From assembly GCA_003650545.1 (NCBI GenBank), contig QMQO01000009.1, positions 1-39,747 of the forward strand: DNA of 39,747 nt, written 5' to 3'. The notes under the pieces were generated by a model, which saw only the letters and a program-made list of their open reading frames with translations, did no database searches and was not told the DNA's origin. Position numbers and translations under genes: made by a program. Position 1 is the first letter of the stretch. Each line of letters starts with the position of its first letter. This document shows, in pieces, positions 27,501 through 36,985 of the stretch. Source of the stretch: Candidatus Woesearchaeota archaeon (GTDB lineage: Archaea; Nanobdellota; Nanobdellia; Woesearchaeales; B72-G16).

Positions 27501-30500
27501 GACATAATCACTTACATTAGTTACTGCTACACATTTTACATTCCACATATAATAATTCTCTGTCAATACAACATGACTGTCCCAGTTATTGGGTGTGTTA
27601 AAGTTGTACACAGTGTTATTTGCCTGCCAGCTTCCTGAGAAATTACCCCACAATGTACAATTAACCGTTCTATTCCCAGAGACATAAACTCTAAAGGTAA
27701 CATTGCTGGCTGTCACATTGCCATAATCTGCTGGCGACACTAGTGAGACATTAAATGGACTCTCAGCAGCTCTATACGCAGTAAAATGCTGTACATCAAA
27801 TATAAGTGTGCTACCATCATAACTTACAATACTGCACTCTGGCGCAGGACAATCTTCGAAGTTACCATCGTCATCTCTGTCAATCTGGATTTTAGCACTT
27901 TCATAGTTTAAACCATAAATCGTGATTCTGGCAGAACTGTTAAAACTAGAATGAAGAGCACTACTATTCACAAACACATAGTTATCAGATATATCTACCT
28001 TGCCATTAAGATCTTCTCGTGATATATTTATATTACCGCTCCAGTTGATTTTTCCCTTGCCAGATCTGTGCAATGTGAAATAAGGAATAGCTTCTACATT
28101 GTCAACAGCTAAAAGGTTAGTTGTGTCACCATCAAACATCGAAGGTAATCTGTTTACAACAGTCACATTAAACTTAGCAGTTATGTTATCATTGTTATAT
28201 TGATTGTTATAGATCGAGAAGAATTCGTATTTACCAAGAGAAGTCGCATTCACACTCCACGTTGTGTTACACTCCTCACCATTGGATAAATTTTCCAGAC
28301 AGCTACTATTCTGTGGATTATTACTTATAGTATAGAACGGTGTTGCCCCAGTCATAGTAGAGATAATCCCTTTCGCATTAATCGCAGCCAATACATCTAC
28401 TCGGGGTATTGTTATGCCTATACTACTATCATATATACTTTTACCATTATACTGTAAGGCATATTCAACTTCTTCTGCGCTTAATATACGATTCTCTCTT
28501 TGTTTATAATACTGCTTTAATAATGCGGCAGCTCCTGCAACATGAGGCGTAGACATGCTAGTACCACTATCAGACCTGAAACCACCGGAATCATGATCAA
28601 CAGATATTATGTTACTTCCAGGAGCAAACACATCTGCTATCAAACCTCTATTAGAGAAACTTGAAATAGCATCTATTTTTGTTGTAGAGCTAACAGAAAG
28701 AGCTTTACTAGCACAACTAGGTACATTAAGTCCGTTTGTATAACCATCATTTCCGGTTGCAATTACTACTGTTAGTCCATTTTCAACAGCACTATTTACA
28801 GCTGCAGTACTTGCCTCACTATCACAATATGAATTGTACCTTGAGTGATCACCAATACTTATGCTTAACACAGAGATATTAAATACACTTGCATTATTAA
28901 TACACCAGTCAATGCCTGCAATTATATCTGAGAAAGTTCCAGAACCACCAGAATTTAGAACTTTTATTGCTACAATCTTAGCTCCGGGTGCAACCCCCTT
29001 GTATGTGCTATCCTCGCTGGCGATTATACCTGCACAATGACTGCCATGACCATTATCATCTATAGGATCAGCATCGTCATTAACATAATCATAACCACCT
29101 AATACCTTAGCACAGTTTCCTGAAAGGAATTGTGCTTGCGTGCAACCACCAAATGCAGGATGGCTATAGTTAATACCTGTATCGATGACGCAAATAGTTT
29201 GGCCAACACCTGTTATATTTTGGCTTGAAATTTGAACAGCCCAAACATCATTCGCATTTATCAACGGTACACTCTCACTGAGCTTTATGCCAACTTGTCT
29301 ATCTAGTTCAATTTTAGCTACATCTAGATTCTTCTTAAGTCTTTCTAGACCGTCTCGATTTATATTTCCCGCAATTGCATTGATTGTTGTATAACTTTTC
29401 TTTATATTTAGCCCTTTAATACTAGATACAGCATCCTGTTGTTTTTTAATCATACTTTTTTTAGCAGCAAGTTTTTCGTCTCTAGAGAGTTGCCTAGGTA
29501 CAGTATTCTCAAGACCGATTATGCTAAGAATGCTGGCAGCTGCTTTCTTGCTATCTAAGATTTTCTTTTCTTGGGATTTAACATAATCCTTGTCATCCTT
29601 TAATTTAATGATCACTCCAACGCTACCATTTCTCTCAATAGCTTCAATAATAGGGTCTTTTATTTCCTTAGACTCTTCAATCTCGTCAAATTTCTTTGGG
29701 TCTAGATATGCATAGATGTTCTCACATTTGCCGCCATCACATCTAACCTTTGTGGTTACATTAAATATTTCATATTTATAGACATTTATGTTATTGTTGG
29801 GACTTACAAGGCTGGGCTGCAGGCTACCGATCTCTTGTACTAATATATCATAAGTTCCATTTTCTGTGCCATAATAATCTGTTGTTTTTACATAATAAAA
29901 ACCAGTGTATGTAGCTCTAAACAAGATTGCGGAAGAAACACCCCCTCTTGAGTCATCATCGTCATTACTCTGCACTAAAGTTTTATTAGAATTATATAAG
30001 TATATCTTAGTGTCAGCTCCACCACCCAAGTTCTGTGTTTTTATAAGGTATTGTAAGCCATTAGTCACATTAAACTTAATTGTATCAACATCTCCTGCAG
30101 GATAAAAGTTGTGGCTATATGCAGTTCCATTAGTTAGCACCCATCTTGCTTGGTAGAAGTAATCATCGTATTCATATACATCAAGGTTTGTCAGAGTCTG
30201 TTCGGTTATAGAAATGTTATATGTCACATTATCATAAGAATTCCCTGTATTTTGTGGGTCTCCAACTTTTAAATAATATGTGTTGTTTTCGTTACTTCCC
30301 CATATAAGCCTAGATGCAGCCGTGCTTTCATTAATATCGTCATTAGCTAGCAAAAAAGTCGTACCATCTACATCATAGAGGGATAGGTATGTGTCAGCTC
30401 CACCAGTTAAATCAAATGTCTGTATAGTATATTTCACCCCTGCTGTTGTGTTAAACTTCATCCAGTCTTCATCTCCCTGTGGATTGAACGTATGCAATTG

Positions 30501-33500
30501 TTTAGTCCCATCTGTAGTAATCCATTGTGCTTGAGTATAGTTATCGTCATCTTCGTAAACATCAACTGCAGCTATCACCTGCACATCATCAGAGTCTTCG
30601 TCAGAACCAACATTACCATTAGAGTCTGCTACTGTTACATTTACATTATTTGTATAATTATTTGAACAAGTTCCATTTACAGTCAGATTAAGCAGAACAA
30701 TGTAAGACTGTCCTGGCAGAAGGTTTCCACTTGTGTACCACTTAAGATTACCATCTGTTGTGTCATTTGCAGCAGGGTTAGATGCATTATATGTTAACTG
30801 GCTAATGTTATAATAATCTGTTATGTTAATAGTTGTTATATTTGTCTGCCCAGTATTGGTTATGTTTATTCTAAACCGAGCAATGCCAGATTGACTTATA
30901 GGACTGTTCAACACAGTTTTCTCAACAGAAATATTGGCTTCATTCAGACTCAGTGTCTGTATCCTTGGCCCAACTCCAGAAAAGTGAGGCAGCTTAATCC
31001 ACGTTATATTTGCGGTTGTGTTAACATAACAATTAGCTGACGAATTAGATCTACTGCAGATTTCGCCTGTGCCGTTAAAATATGCTTGATAATCAGGGAT
31101 ATAGTCTGAATAATCGCTTAACGCAAGAACCTCTGACACACCATCGCCAGCAGAAGCATTCCATAACACATTCCAATCATCATCATACAGGTATTCAAAA
31201 CTAACGATGATTGTGTCTGTTGCAGGATCTACCAATGATGTATTTATTGGTATTCCGACGTAAACATAATCGTAAATTTCAGGAGCAAAACTACCAAATT
31301 TCCATACTTGATCATAACCACCTGCACCATGTGCTCTATCTTCAGCAGCTTGGTTATCCATAAAAGCTGATGGTGGTCCAGAAGATAAAAGATCAGCAGT
31401 AAAAAGCATCATCTCTATTGAAGGACTAGAGCTTATCTTCATATGTACGTGCACTTTACCTGCCATCATCGCCCTTATCGGATCGAAGAAACCAACAAAC
31501 TTCTCTCCTATTCTACAACCACTACTAGGGTAAAGTTTTGTACATGCATCAGTACTTTTGAAGAACTCGACTTCGAGATTTCTCAAGCTTTGGTTCATGC
31601 TGATAGGAGTTCCATTCTCATCAAACTCCATCATATCAAATGATTCTAGAGTTATATTAAATTCATTGTCATTACTCAGATTTATCTTTCTGGAAATAGG
31701 CGCATAGTTATTGCTGAACACAGCGACCCTTGCTTCAGCATTATTAGGAAAGAACATGTTAAAACTGCTATTCTCAACTTCGTCTAGCATCCAGTATACA
31801 ACGTAAGGGATTTCAGGGTATCTTGTCTCAATTTCTATATGGGCATCTTGAACCTGTTCTGTTTGGTTACTCCTCTTGTTCCTTTGCATGATATTTATTT
31901 TTTTAAATTTTGATGTTACATTAAATGTAAACTTCATACCATCAGGATCTCCACCTTCGCCACCTCTACCAAAGATTTTCGATTTTACAGAACCAACAGC
32001 AGGATGAAGCGAGATATTAATCTGTTGATCACCACCACTATATTCGCTTGTGTAATTCATAACACCAACATAATAGTTTGTTGAAGAGCCATTTTTTAAA
32101 AAAGCAGCAAGCAAGCCAGGCATGCCACCAACAGTAGCAACTGTTTCTATTTCATAGTAACCTATGCTTGCATTAAAGGTGTCATTATGCGGACTACCAC
32201 AGATAGCTGAGAGTTCTGCCATACTACAAAGATTTTCGGGCATAGTGGCGTCTATTGGAATCATCTTGCCACTACCAACCCTTGCAAAAGGTACAACATC
32301 TAAAGTAGTGCCGTTTATAACAGAACCATTTAGTAAAACATAACCTGAAACTTTATGGAATGTGAATGATGTATTAACAACAAGTTGATAATAACTGCCA
32401 TTATAATTGCTAATTCCGCTTGTGGTAGATCTCACGGGTGGTCTTTCAAATGGAAAAACCTCAACAATATATTCGCGATCAGCAGGAACAACCACTTGTG
32501 CAACATTGACCATTTGACTTTCATTCATAGCGAAATTCTCTGCAAATGGCATACCTCTGCCAGAATCAGTTACAACATAACTAAATTTAACAGGTCCAGT
32601 TTCATTTACAGCGCTAATATTTATTGTGGTTGCAGGAGAAAGGTATATAGTTGCGTCTTTCAGTCCAAACTGATCGTCTATCATCAACATTCTGTCTACA
32701 GGAGGTAAGTTTGGTGATATCTCACTAGCAGTTGTGTAGCTAGAATCGGTATAACTCTTTGCACTAATCATGTACATATTACCAAATGGGTCTGAGGTAT
32801 TATAATATATATTCTTAACAGTAAACGCTCCTGTTGTAGTGTTAACAGTTGTAGTGTACCAAACACCTCTGTTACTAATTCCTTCCGGTCCAAAGCTTAT
32901 TTTTGTTACAGTTATATTAACATATTCAGGAACACCATTTACTAAACTTTCAACCCTGCCAGAATAATTGAAATAGTTAGGATTGCCCCAGTTACATTCT
33001 GGATAAAAAGTATCACAAACATTTTTGCTTGTCACATTCTCACAATATAGATTGTTGTTTTCACAAAAACCACTACTGTTCCAAAAACAAACACCTGATG
33101 TTTGTCCACAATCTACAGAATTATTAATGACATAACAGCCACCACCTCCAAACACAGGCCCTTCTTGTGTCACAGTATAACATACAGGCCCGACAGATCC
33201 AGGTATTGTCACACCTTCCAATGTTTGACTGTTTGTTTGGTTACCTTCTGTGTCTACCACAGTAACATTAACACGGTTATAGAATGTTCCAGATGCAGAT
33301 CTAACAGTGGTAAGATTAAGCATTATAATAAAACTATTTCCCGGACACAGCGTGGTTGAAATTTTCCATGTTAGATTCCCATCAGTGTCATTGTCAGGAG
33401 AGAGACTGGCGTCATCAAAATTAAATTCAGATATATTATAGTAATCGTTCACTGTTATATTTGTTATATTGGTTATTCCAGTATTTGTAATGTTTATGAT

Positions 33501-34235
33501 GAACACAGAGGTTTGGTTAAGTGCAGTGCTAGAGTTTAAAGCATTCTTATTTACTATTATAGAAAGATTATTTGATGATGGCCCACTTCCACCAATAACA
33601 TAAACATTTTCTGAATAATTGTCAATAGTAAGGTTACCCTGATCATCAATTGCTTCAACAGAAACATTGTTTGTAATATTTCCTTCTGTAGCAATAATAG
33701 TTAGATTTAAAAATATCTGATATGTTTGATTTGGTGCAAGAATTTGTAGGAACCATGTTAGATTACCATCACTATCATTATTAGGATAAGGATCTGAGTT
33801 GTTAAATGTGAACTCAAGCGTATCATAATAATCGTTTATTGTTATATTAGTTAAATTTTCAATGCCATCATTTGTTGCATTGATAACAAATCCTACAATC
33901 TGATTTTGTATTGCAGTTTGATTGCGTGCGAATTTAAGAACAGATATACCTTCAGGAATCCAATAACAAATATTAGATGTAGCAGACTCACAAAAAAACT
34001 GATTAGAAATATTAGAACAATCGCCAAGAATTGATCCAGAACAACCGCTGCCCCATGAACAACCAGACATCTCTCCGCACAACCCTGAATCGGTTATATT
34101 TGGACATTCTAGTCCTGAGCCAGCACAATCTGCAAATACGCCCCCTGCAAACACAAAAGTTACAGCTAACAACACAAAGAAAATGATGGCTAGCTTAATC
34201 CATTCGCCTATCTTCTCGCGCATCCCTTCCCTCAT
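24507..34235 (-). CDS. 3242-aa surface glycoprotein with subtilase (S8) domain, DUF11-like Ig repeats, PPC-like domains, cadherin-like repeats, PGF-pre-PGF domain and C-terminal TM
   Basis: Signal peptide, three DUF11-like repeats (FIINITNTG.TNITNITVNDYY), two PPC-like repeats (YEDDD...ADTYLSLYD...NDD) and an I9-like propeptide. Catalytic triad ICVIDTG (D1685), NGHGSHCAGII (H1730), SGTSMSTPHVAG (S1893). Also VNDAP repeats, ETPGFSYFAIT, a TM and very many NxS/T sequons. Confidence 0.9.
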   Translation of the reverse strand: MREGMREKIGEWIKLAIIFFVLLAVTFVFAGGVFADCAGSGLECPNITDSGLCGEMSGCSWGSGCSGSILGDCSNISNQFFCESATSNICYWIPEGISVLKFARNQTAIQNQIVGFVINATNDGIENLTNITINDYYDTLEFTFNNSDPYPNNDSDGNLTWFLQILAPNQTYQIFLNLTIIATEGNITNNVSVEAIDDQGNLTIDNYSENVYVIGGSGPSSNNLSIIVNKNALNSSTALNQTSVFIINITNTGITNITNITVNDYYNISEFNFDDASLSPDNDTDGNLTWKISTTLCPGNSFIIMLNLTTVRSASGTFYNRVNVTVVDTEGNQTNSQTLEGVTIPGSVGPVCYTVTQEGPVFGGGGCYVINNSVDCGQTSGVCFWNSSGFCENNNLYCENVTSKNVCDTFYPECNWGNPNYFNYSGRVESLVNGVPEYVNITVTKISFGPEGISNRGVWYTTTVNTTTGAFTVKNIYYNTSDPFGNMYMISAKSYTDSSYTTASEISPNLPPVDRMLMIDDQFGLKDATIYLSPATTINISAVNETGPVKFSYVVTDSGRGMPFAENFAMNESQMVNVAQVVVPADREYIVEVFPFERPPVRSTTSGISNYNGSYYQLVVNTSFTFHKVSGYVLLNGSVINGTTLDVVPFARVGSGKMIPIDATMPENLCSMAELSAICGSPHNDTFNASIGYYEIETVATVGGMPGLLAAFLKNGSSTNYYVGVMNYTSEYSGGDQQINISLHPAVGSVKSKIFGRGGEGGDPDGMKFTFNVTSKFKKINIMQRNKRSNQTEQVQDAHIEIETRYPEIPYVVYWMLDEVENSSFNMFFPNNAEARVAVFSNNYAPISRKINLSNDNEFNITLESFDMMEFDENGTPISMNQSLRNLEVEFFKSTDACTKLYPSSGCRIGEKFVGFFDPIRAMMAGKVHVHMKISSSPSIEMMLFTADLLSSGPPSAFMDNQAAEDRAHGAGGYDQVWKFGSFAPEIYDYVYVGIPINTSLVDPATDTIIVSFEYLYDDDWNVLWNASAGDGVSEVLALSDYSDYIPDYQAYFNGTGEICSRSNSSANCYVNTTANITWIKLPHFSGVGPRIQTLSLNEANISVEKTVLNSPISQSGIARFRINITNTGQTNITTINITDYYNISQLTYNASNPAANDTTDGNLKWYTSGNLLPGQSYIVLLNLTVNGTCSNNYTNNVNVTVADSNGNVGSDEDSDDVQVIAAVDVYEDDDNYTQAQWITTDGTKQLHTFNPQGDEDWMKFNTTAGVKYTIQTFDLTGGADTYLSLYDVDGTTFLLANDDINESTAASRLIWGSNENNTYYLKVGDPQNTGNSYDNVTYNISITEQTLTNLDVYEYDDYFYQARWVLTNGTAYSHNFYPAGDVDTIKFNVTNGLQYLIKTQNLGGGADTKIYLYNSNKTLVQSNDDDDSRGGVSSAILFRATYTGFYYVKTTDYYGTENGTYDILVQEIGSLQPSLVSPNNNINVYKYEIFNVTTKVRCDGGKCENIYAYLDPKKFDEIEESKEIKDPIIEAIERNGSVGVIIKLKDDKDYVKSQEKKILDSKKAAASILSIIGLENTVPRQLSRDEKLAAKKSMIKKQQDAVSSIKGLNIKKSYTTINAIAGNINRDGLERLKKNLDVAKIELDRQVGIKLSESVPLINANDVWAVQISSQNITGVGQTICVIDTGINYSHPAFGGCTQAQFLSGNCAKVLGGYDYVNDDADPIDDNGHGSHCAGIIASEDSTYKGVAPGAKIVAIKVLNSGGSGTFSDIIAGIDWCINNASVFNISVLSISIGDHSRYNSYCDSEASTAAVNSAVENGLTVVIATGNDGYTNGLNVPSCASKALSVSSTTKIDAISSFSNRGLIADVFAPGSNIISVDHDSGGFRSDSGTSMSTPHVAGAAALLKQYYKQRENRILSAEEVEYALQYNGKSIYDSSIGITIPRVDVLAAINAKGIISTMTGATPFYTISNNPQNSSCLENLSNGEECNTTWSVNATSLGKYEFFSIYNNQYNNDNITAKFNVTVVNRLPSMFDGDTTNLLAVDNVEAIPYFTLHRSGKGKINWSGNINISREDLNGKVDISDNYVFVNSSALHSSFNSSARITIYGLNYESAKIQIDRDDDGNFEDCPAPECSIVSYDGSTLIFDVQHFTAYRAAESPFNVSLVSPADYGNVTASNVTFRVYVSGNRTVNCTLWGNFSGSWQANNTVYNFNTPNNWDSHVVLTENYYMWNVKCVAVTNVSDYVWGVNNRTFTLAVNDPPTLDVPLSDMTIVEDEFNTTVDLDDHFSDPDSTITYYLTSSNPNISVGLITGNVINVTPNTEYFGVGVVNVTAGDGQYNTSDDFTVTVTAVNDAPVVITSIPNIVVQQNSYNMTANLTNYFSDVDNKTLLYYVSDNETNVVSSLNGNRINVSSAGCWYGAAAVTATAGDGEYNVSYVFIATISNIDTDGDGLCDALDQCDNESLVNLPANVTCISYIFNSTTGCHVALYKPNGYVINTTDCDYLDNICRDYHDTNTTCDGSGGINYGICNNYTNMPSGTYVNTTDCDYLDTICRNYYDVNNTCDGNGSIIFASCDSYVNDPGTTICNASYGVDYGCPNGTALGDDLWKQSIVQYCGTGTGACDGTLALQGDWVLHDACSLQETCIDNATSCQDITNPDVIINSPQNGSTITRSSPNVWLNVTFSEPVDSIYRLDTEANATLCNNCSSIATVVSLYNYTTHTIDVWSIDSASLTGFNQTRFIIVRDTDDDGTPDINDTDDDNDGIIDNQDTLNGIASNIDINVEAVNVTIDGETNLSKLFNGTRIVMIGNASKPIVRFDFNFSKNETLNLADISIKVQNSTSTIGSVIVRGLDLSSQSVKKSIYVDIIDTNKTSVCIKDEEVSSLTQISDGCNDTNEYYIICPGTSGDYSCALSTNDTQYKVSGLVHSAVKQQCTESWSCTSWSSCSSGTQTRTCTDVNNCGTINNKPEESQSCTITSTSGGGSSGGGGSFATYIPSVFVNATTKIYATIRANTEKTVSFDVLGIDALKVKLNIDFTDAKFTVAQVGKLTVPEIEGFVGAYVNISTNIPTENILVAKVRFEVSKLWISNNGINVNNVTLARYNGSWNELPTKVIREDSQYIYYEAETPGFSYFAITVKGFKAPAPSVEKKPEVTEKEPPVALAPAEKAVLVSEKIVEPKQKWIAEIRLPFSLQEIIVIISIIIVLISVIVLLLKPKRSKYDELMRMFKSTHKNHKKYNIKKNE

Positions 34236-34251
34236 GTTAAAGCTCTACCTA

Positions 34252-34377
34252 TTACTTCTTGACTTTTTCTTCTAGGACCTTAATAACATAATCCTTTAGA
34301 CTTATATCTTGCATAGCGCATTTAATCTTCAATTTTTTGTGCAAATCGTCCGGTATAGTGATGTTGATATTTCCCAT
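34252..34377 (-). CDS. 41-aa ribbon-helix-helix (CopG/Arc/ParG-like) DNA-binding protein (not in ORF track)
   Basis: MGNINITIPDDLHKKLKIKCAMQDISLKDYVIKVLEEKVKK*: alternating beta strand, P-D-L helix A, S-L-x-D-Y-V helix B. It stops 16 bp before the giant subtilase ATG. Confidence 0.8.
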   Translation of the reverse strand: MGNINITIPDDLHKKLKIKCAMQDISLKDYVIKVLEEKVKK

Positions 34378-34401
34378 CTTTCTAAGCTAGTATGGCCATT
34401 A

Positions 34402-34472
34402 GTAACTTAGTTTAGTTATAAAACTTATGAAACTTATTTAAGCTTTTATAATAACTTTAGGATGGTAACTTA
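34402..34472. promoter_or_regulatory. Array of AACTT(A) direct repeats upstream of the RHH gene (candidate operator)
   Basis: gtaactta (34402), aaactta (34421), aaactta (34430), ataacttt (34451) and gtaactta (34465). Confidence 0.35.
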
Positions 34473-34662
34473 ATTTTTATTATAAACCTTTTGATTTTGT
34501 GTTTTATTTTTAGTACAAAATCTAAAGCTTTAATTGCTATTATTCATTGACAAATGACAGAATTCAAGCTTAAAGCTCAAAAAACATTTTCAATAACATT
34601 TTCAATAGACGATTGACTTACGCAGAAGGAGATTGTAATAAGTTCTCTATATAAAGACAAAT

Positions 34663-36909
34663 TTATTTTGAACCTTTTTTCTTCTTAAAATCTTCTTTCA
34701 ATGGTCCATTAGTCAACTTCTCGGTATGTCTACATTTTGGAAAGCCGCTACAACCAAGAAATTTACCATAGATACTTGTCCTAACAACAAGGGGTTTACC
34801 ACATTTTGGACATACTTTCTCAACCTTTCCAGTTTCAAGTTCCCTTACCTCTTTAGCAACTTCTTTATCCTCAACTTTTTTACCTGGACATTTTGGGTTA
34901 AAACACACTTCTTGTGGTTTCTTTCCTTTTCTGATAACTTGAATCATTGGAAAACCACAATGCTCACATATTTTTTTCGCAGGTTTCATAAGGCCGACAT
35001 TTGGCAAGTTGTATGTGATATTACATTCAGGATACTTATTACAAGCAATAAAATTGCCAAACTTTCCGCGTCTTAAATGAAGTTCACCCTCGGCACAGTT
35101 AGGACATTTACCAAGTAAGCTTAGTTCATCTCTTGTTTCGACAGTAGCTTTCCATAACTCTTTTCCTATCGCTTTCTCCTTTTTTTTAAAATCCGATAGA
35201 ATATCCTTCAACTTAGTCTTTGCTTCTTCTAAAACTCTTTCAGGCGTTAATTTCCCTTGTCTTATCTTTTCCATCTCTTCTTCAAAATGTCTTGTTAATT
35301 GGACATCAAGTATAGATGGTGAATACTTTTCAAGAATCTCGACGGTCCTTATTCCTAGTTCTGTAGCTTCTATTGATTTACCTGTAATATAACCCCTGTT
35401 AAATAAATTTTCTATGATATCAGACCTTGTTGCCTTTGTCCCTATATTTAGTTTTTCCATTTCCCTTATAATTGAAGCTGGTGTATATCTTTTAGGCGGC
35501 TGAGTCTCTTTATCTAAACGGGAAATCCTCTCGACCCTGACCTCATCTCCTTTTACAACTGCAGGCAGTTCTTCTTCTTTCTTTGGAGCATATCTTCCAT
35601 AAAACTCAAACCACCCAAGTTCGACAGTTGTCATCCCCTTTGCGATGAAGATCTCTTTATTAACATCAATCCTCACAGTCATACTTTCTTTAATCGCAAC
35701 ATCAGCAAATGTCGCCATGAATCTTCTCACAATGAGATCATAGATTTGCATCTCTTTACCAGTTAGTTTTGGTGTAATCCCTGTAGGATATATAGCGGGA
35801 TGAGCAGGGTCAGTCTTTTTACCATTGTTAGGGATAAGAGTCTTTTTTTTCAACAATTCATTACAAAGTTCTTGATAAATGCTCTGTTTTGATAATGCTT
35901 TCAGAATATTTTTGTATCCGATTTCTTTAGGGTATTGCTGACTAGAAGTTCTTGGATATGATATATACCCCGATGTATATAATTCTTGTGCAATCTGTAG
36001 ACTCTTTTTTGGCGCTACACCGAGTGTTCTATAAGCTTCTGTCTGTAAGCTTGTTAGATCAAAAGGGTGGGGTGATACTTGCTTAACTTTTTTTTTCTCA
36101 ACACTTACAACAACACCTGTCTTACAATCTTTTACATTTGCTATTACCTCATCAGTGTCTTCGACATTATCGAATTTGCCCTTCTCATGCATAGCTGTTA
36201 TCTCCCTATCTTTTGCTTCACCTTTTAGCTCAATCTCCCAGTATGGTTCTGGCTTAAAAGTTTTGATTGCTTTTTCCTTATCAACAATAATCTTCAATGC
36301 TGGTCCTTGAACCCTTCCAGAACTAAGAATCTTGAAACCAGCACCTGAATTTTTTATAGCTAATGTCAAAGCTCTACTTAAATTTATACCATAATACCAG
36401 TCAAGCTCATGTCTGGTTACTCCTGCATTTGCCAGTCCCCAATCAAGATGCTTTGCTTTATTCTCATAAGCTTTTATCAAGTCTGGCTTTGTAACAGTAC
36501 TAAACTTCATCCTATTTGCATCATTTTGTTTACAAGCATACTTTATTATGTTTAAGCCTATTACTTCTCCTTCTATGTCATAGTCAGTTGCAATTGTGAA
36601 CTTGTCTGCTTTCTTAGCTAGCTTTTTAATCACAGAAAGATATTTTTTGCTAAATTTCGCTTCCTTGTTGACTTTATAGGTTTCATCCCATTTTACATCA
36701 AATACAGGATAGGTCCACCCTTTCTTGTCTTTTTCAGCAATTGTGTAAAGATGACCAACTGCACACGCAACAATAATGTCTTTACCGTCATGCTTTAAAG
36801 TATAGTAACTAACATTTCCTTCTTTTGTTTGTTGTGGCTTTCCATCAGCTAAAGCATCTGCAATCTTTCCTGCAGTGCTGGGTTTTTCTGTTACAATCAA
36901 CTCAGCCAT
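34663..36909 (-). CDS. topA: DNA topoisomerase I (type IA) with C-terminal C4 zinc ribbons
   Basis: TOPRIM motifs LIVTEKPS, VGHL and ATDYDIEGE, then SSGRVQGP, active-site YISYPRT, AHPAIYPT and IGTKATR. Repeated CPxC...F..C..YP.C ribbons. Confidence 0.96.
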   Translation of the reverse strand: MAELIVTEKPSTAGKIADALADGKPQQTKEGNVSYYTLKHDGKDIIVACAVGHLYTIAEKDKKGWTYPVFDVKWDETYKVNKEAKFSKKYLSVIKKLAKKADKFTIATDYDIEGEVIGLNIIKYACKQNDANRMKFSTVTKPDLIKAYENKAKHLDWGLANAGVTRHELDWYYGINLSRALTLAIKNSGAGFKILSSGRVQGPALKIIVDKEKAIKTFKPEPYWEIELKGEAKDREITAMHEKGKFDNVEDTDEVIANVKDCKTGVVVSVEKKKVKQVSPHPFDLTSLQTEAYRTLGVAPKKSLQIAQELYTSGYISYPRTSSQQYPKEIGYKNILKALSKQSIYQELCNELLKKKTLIPNNGKKTDPAHPAIYPTGITPKLTGKEMQIYDLIVRRFMATFADVAIKESMTVRIDVNKEIFIAKGMTTVELGWFEFYGRYAPKKEEELPAVVKGDEVRVERISRLDKETQPPKRYTPASIIREMEKLNIGTKATRSDIIENLFNRGYITGKSIEATELGIRTVEILEKYSPSILDVQLTRHFEEEMEKIRQGKLTPERVLEEAKTKLKDILSDFKKKEKAIGKELWKATVETRDELSLLGKCPNCAEGELHLRRGKFGNFIACNKYPECNITYNLPNVGLMKPAKKICEHCGFPMIQVIRKGKKPQEVCFNPKCPGKKVEDKEVAKEVRELETGKVEKVCPKCGKPLVVRTSIYGKFLGCSGFPKCRHTEKLTNGPLKEDFKKKKGSK

Positions 36910-36985
36910 ATTTAAAAAAAAACTGACTAAATTTAAAAATCTTTTGCAAAAGTTTAATAAATAGACGAAGTTTTTAACTAAAGTT

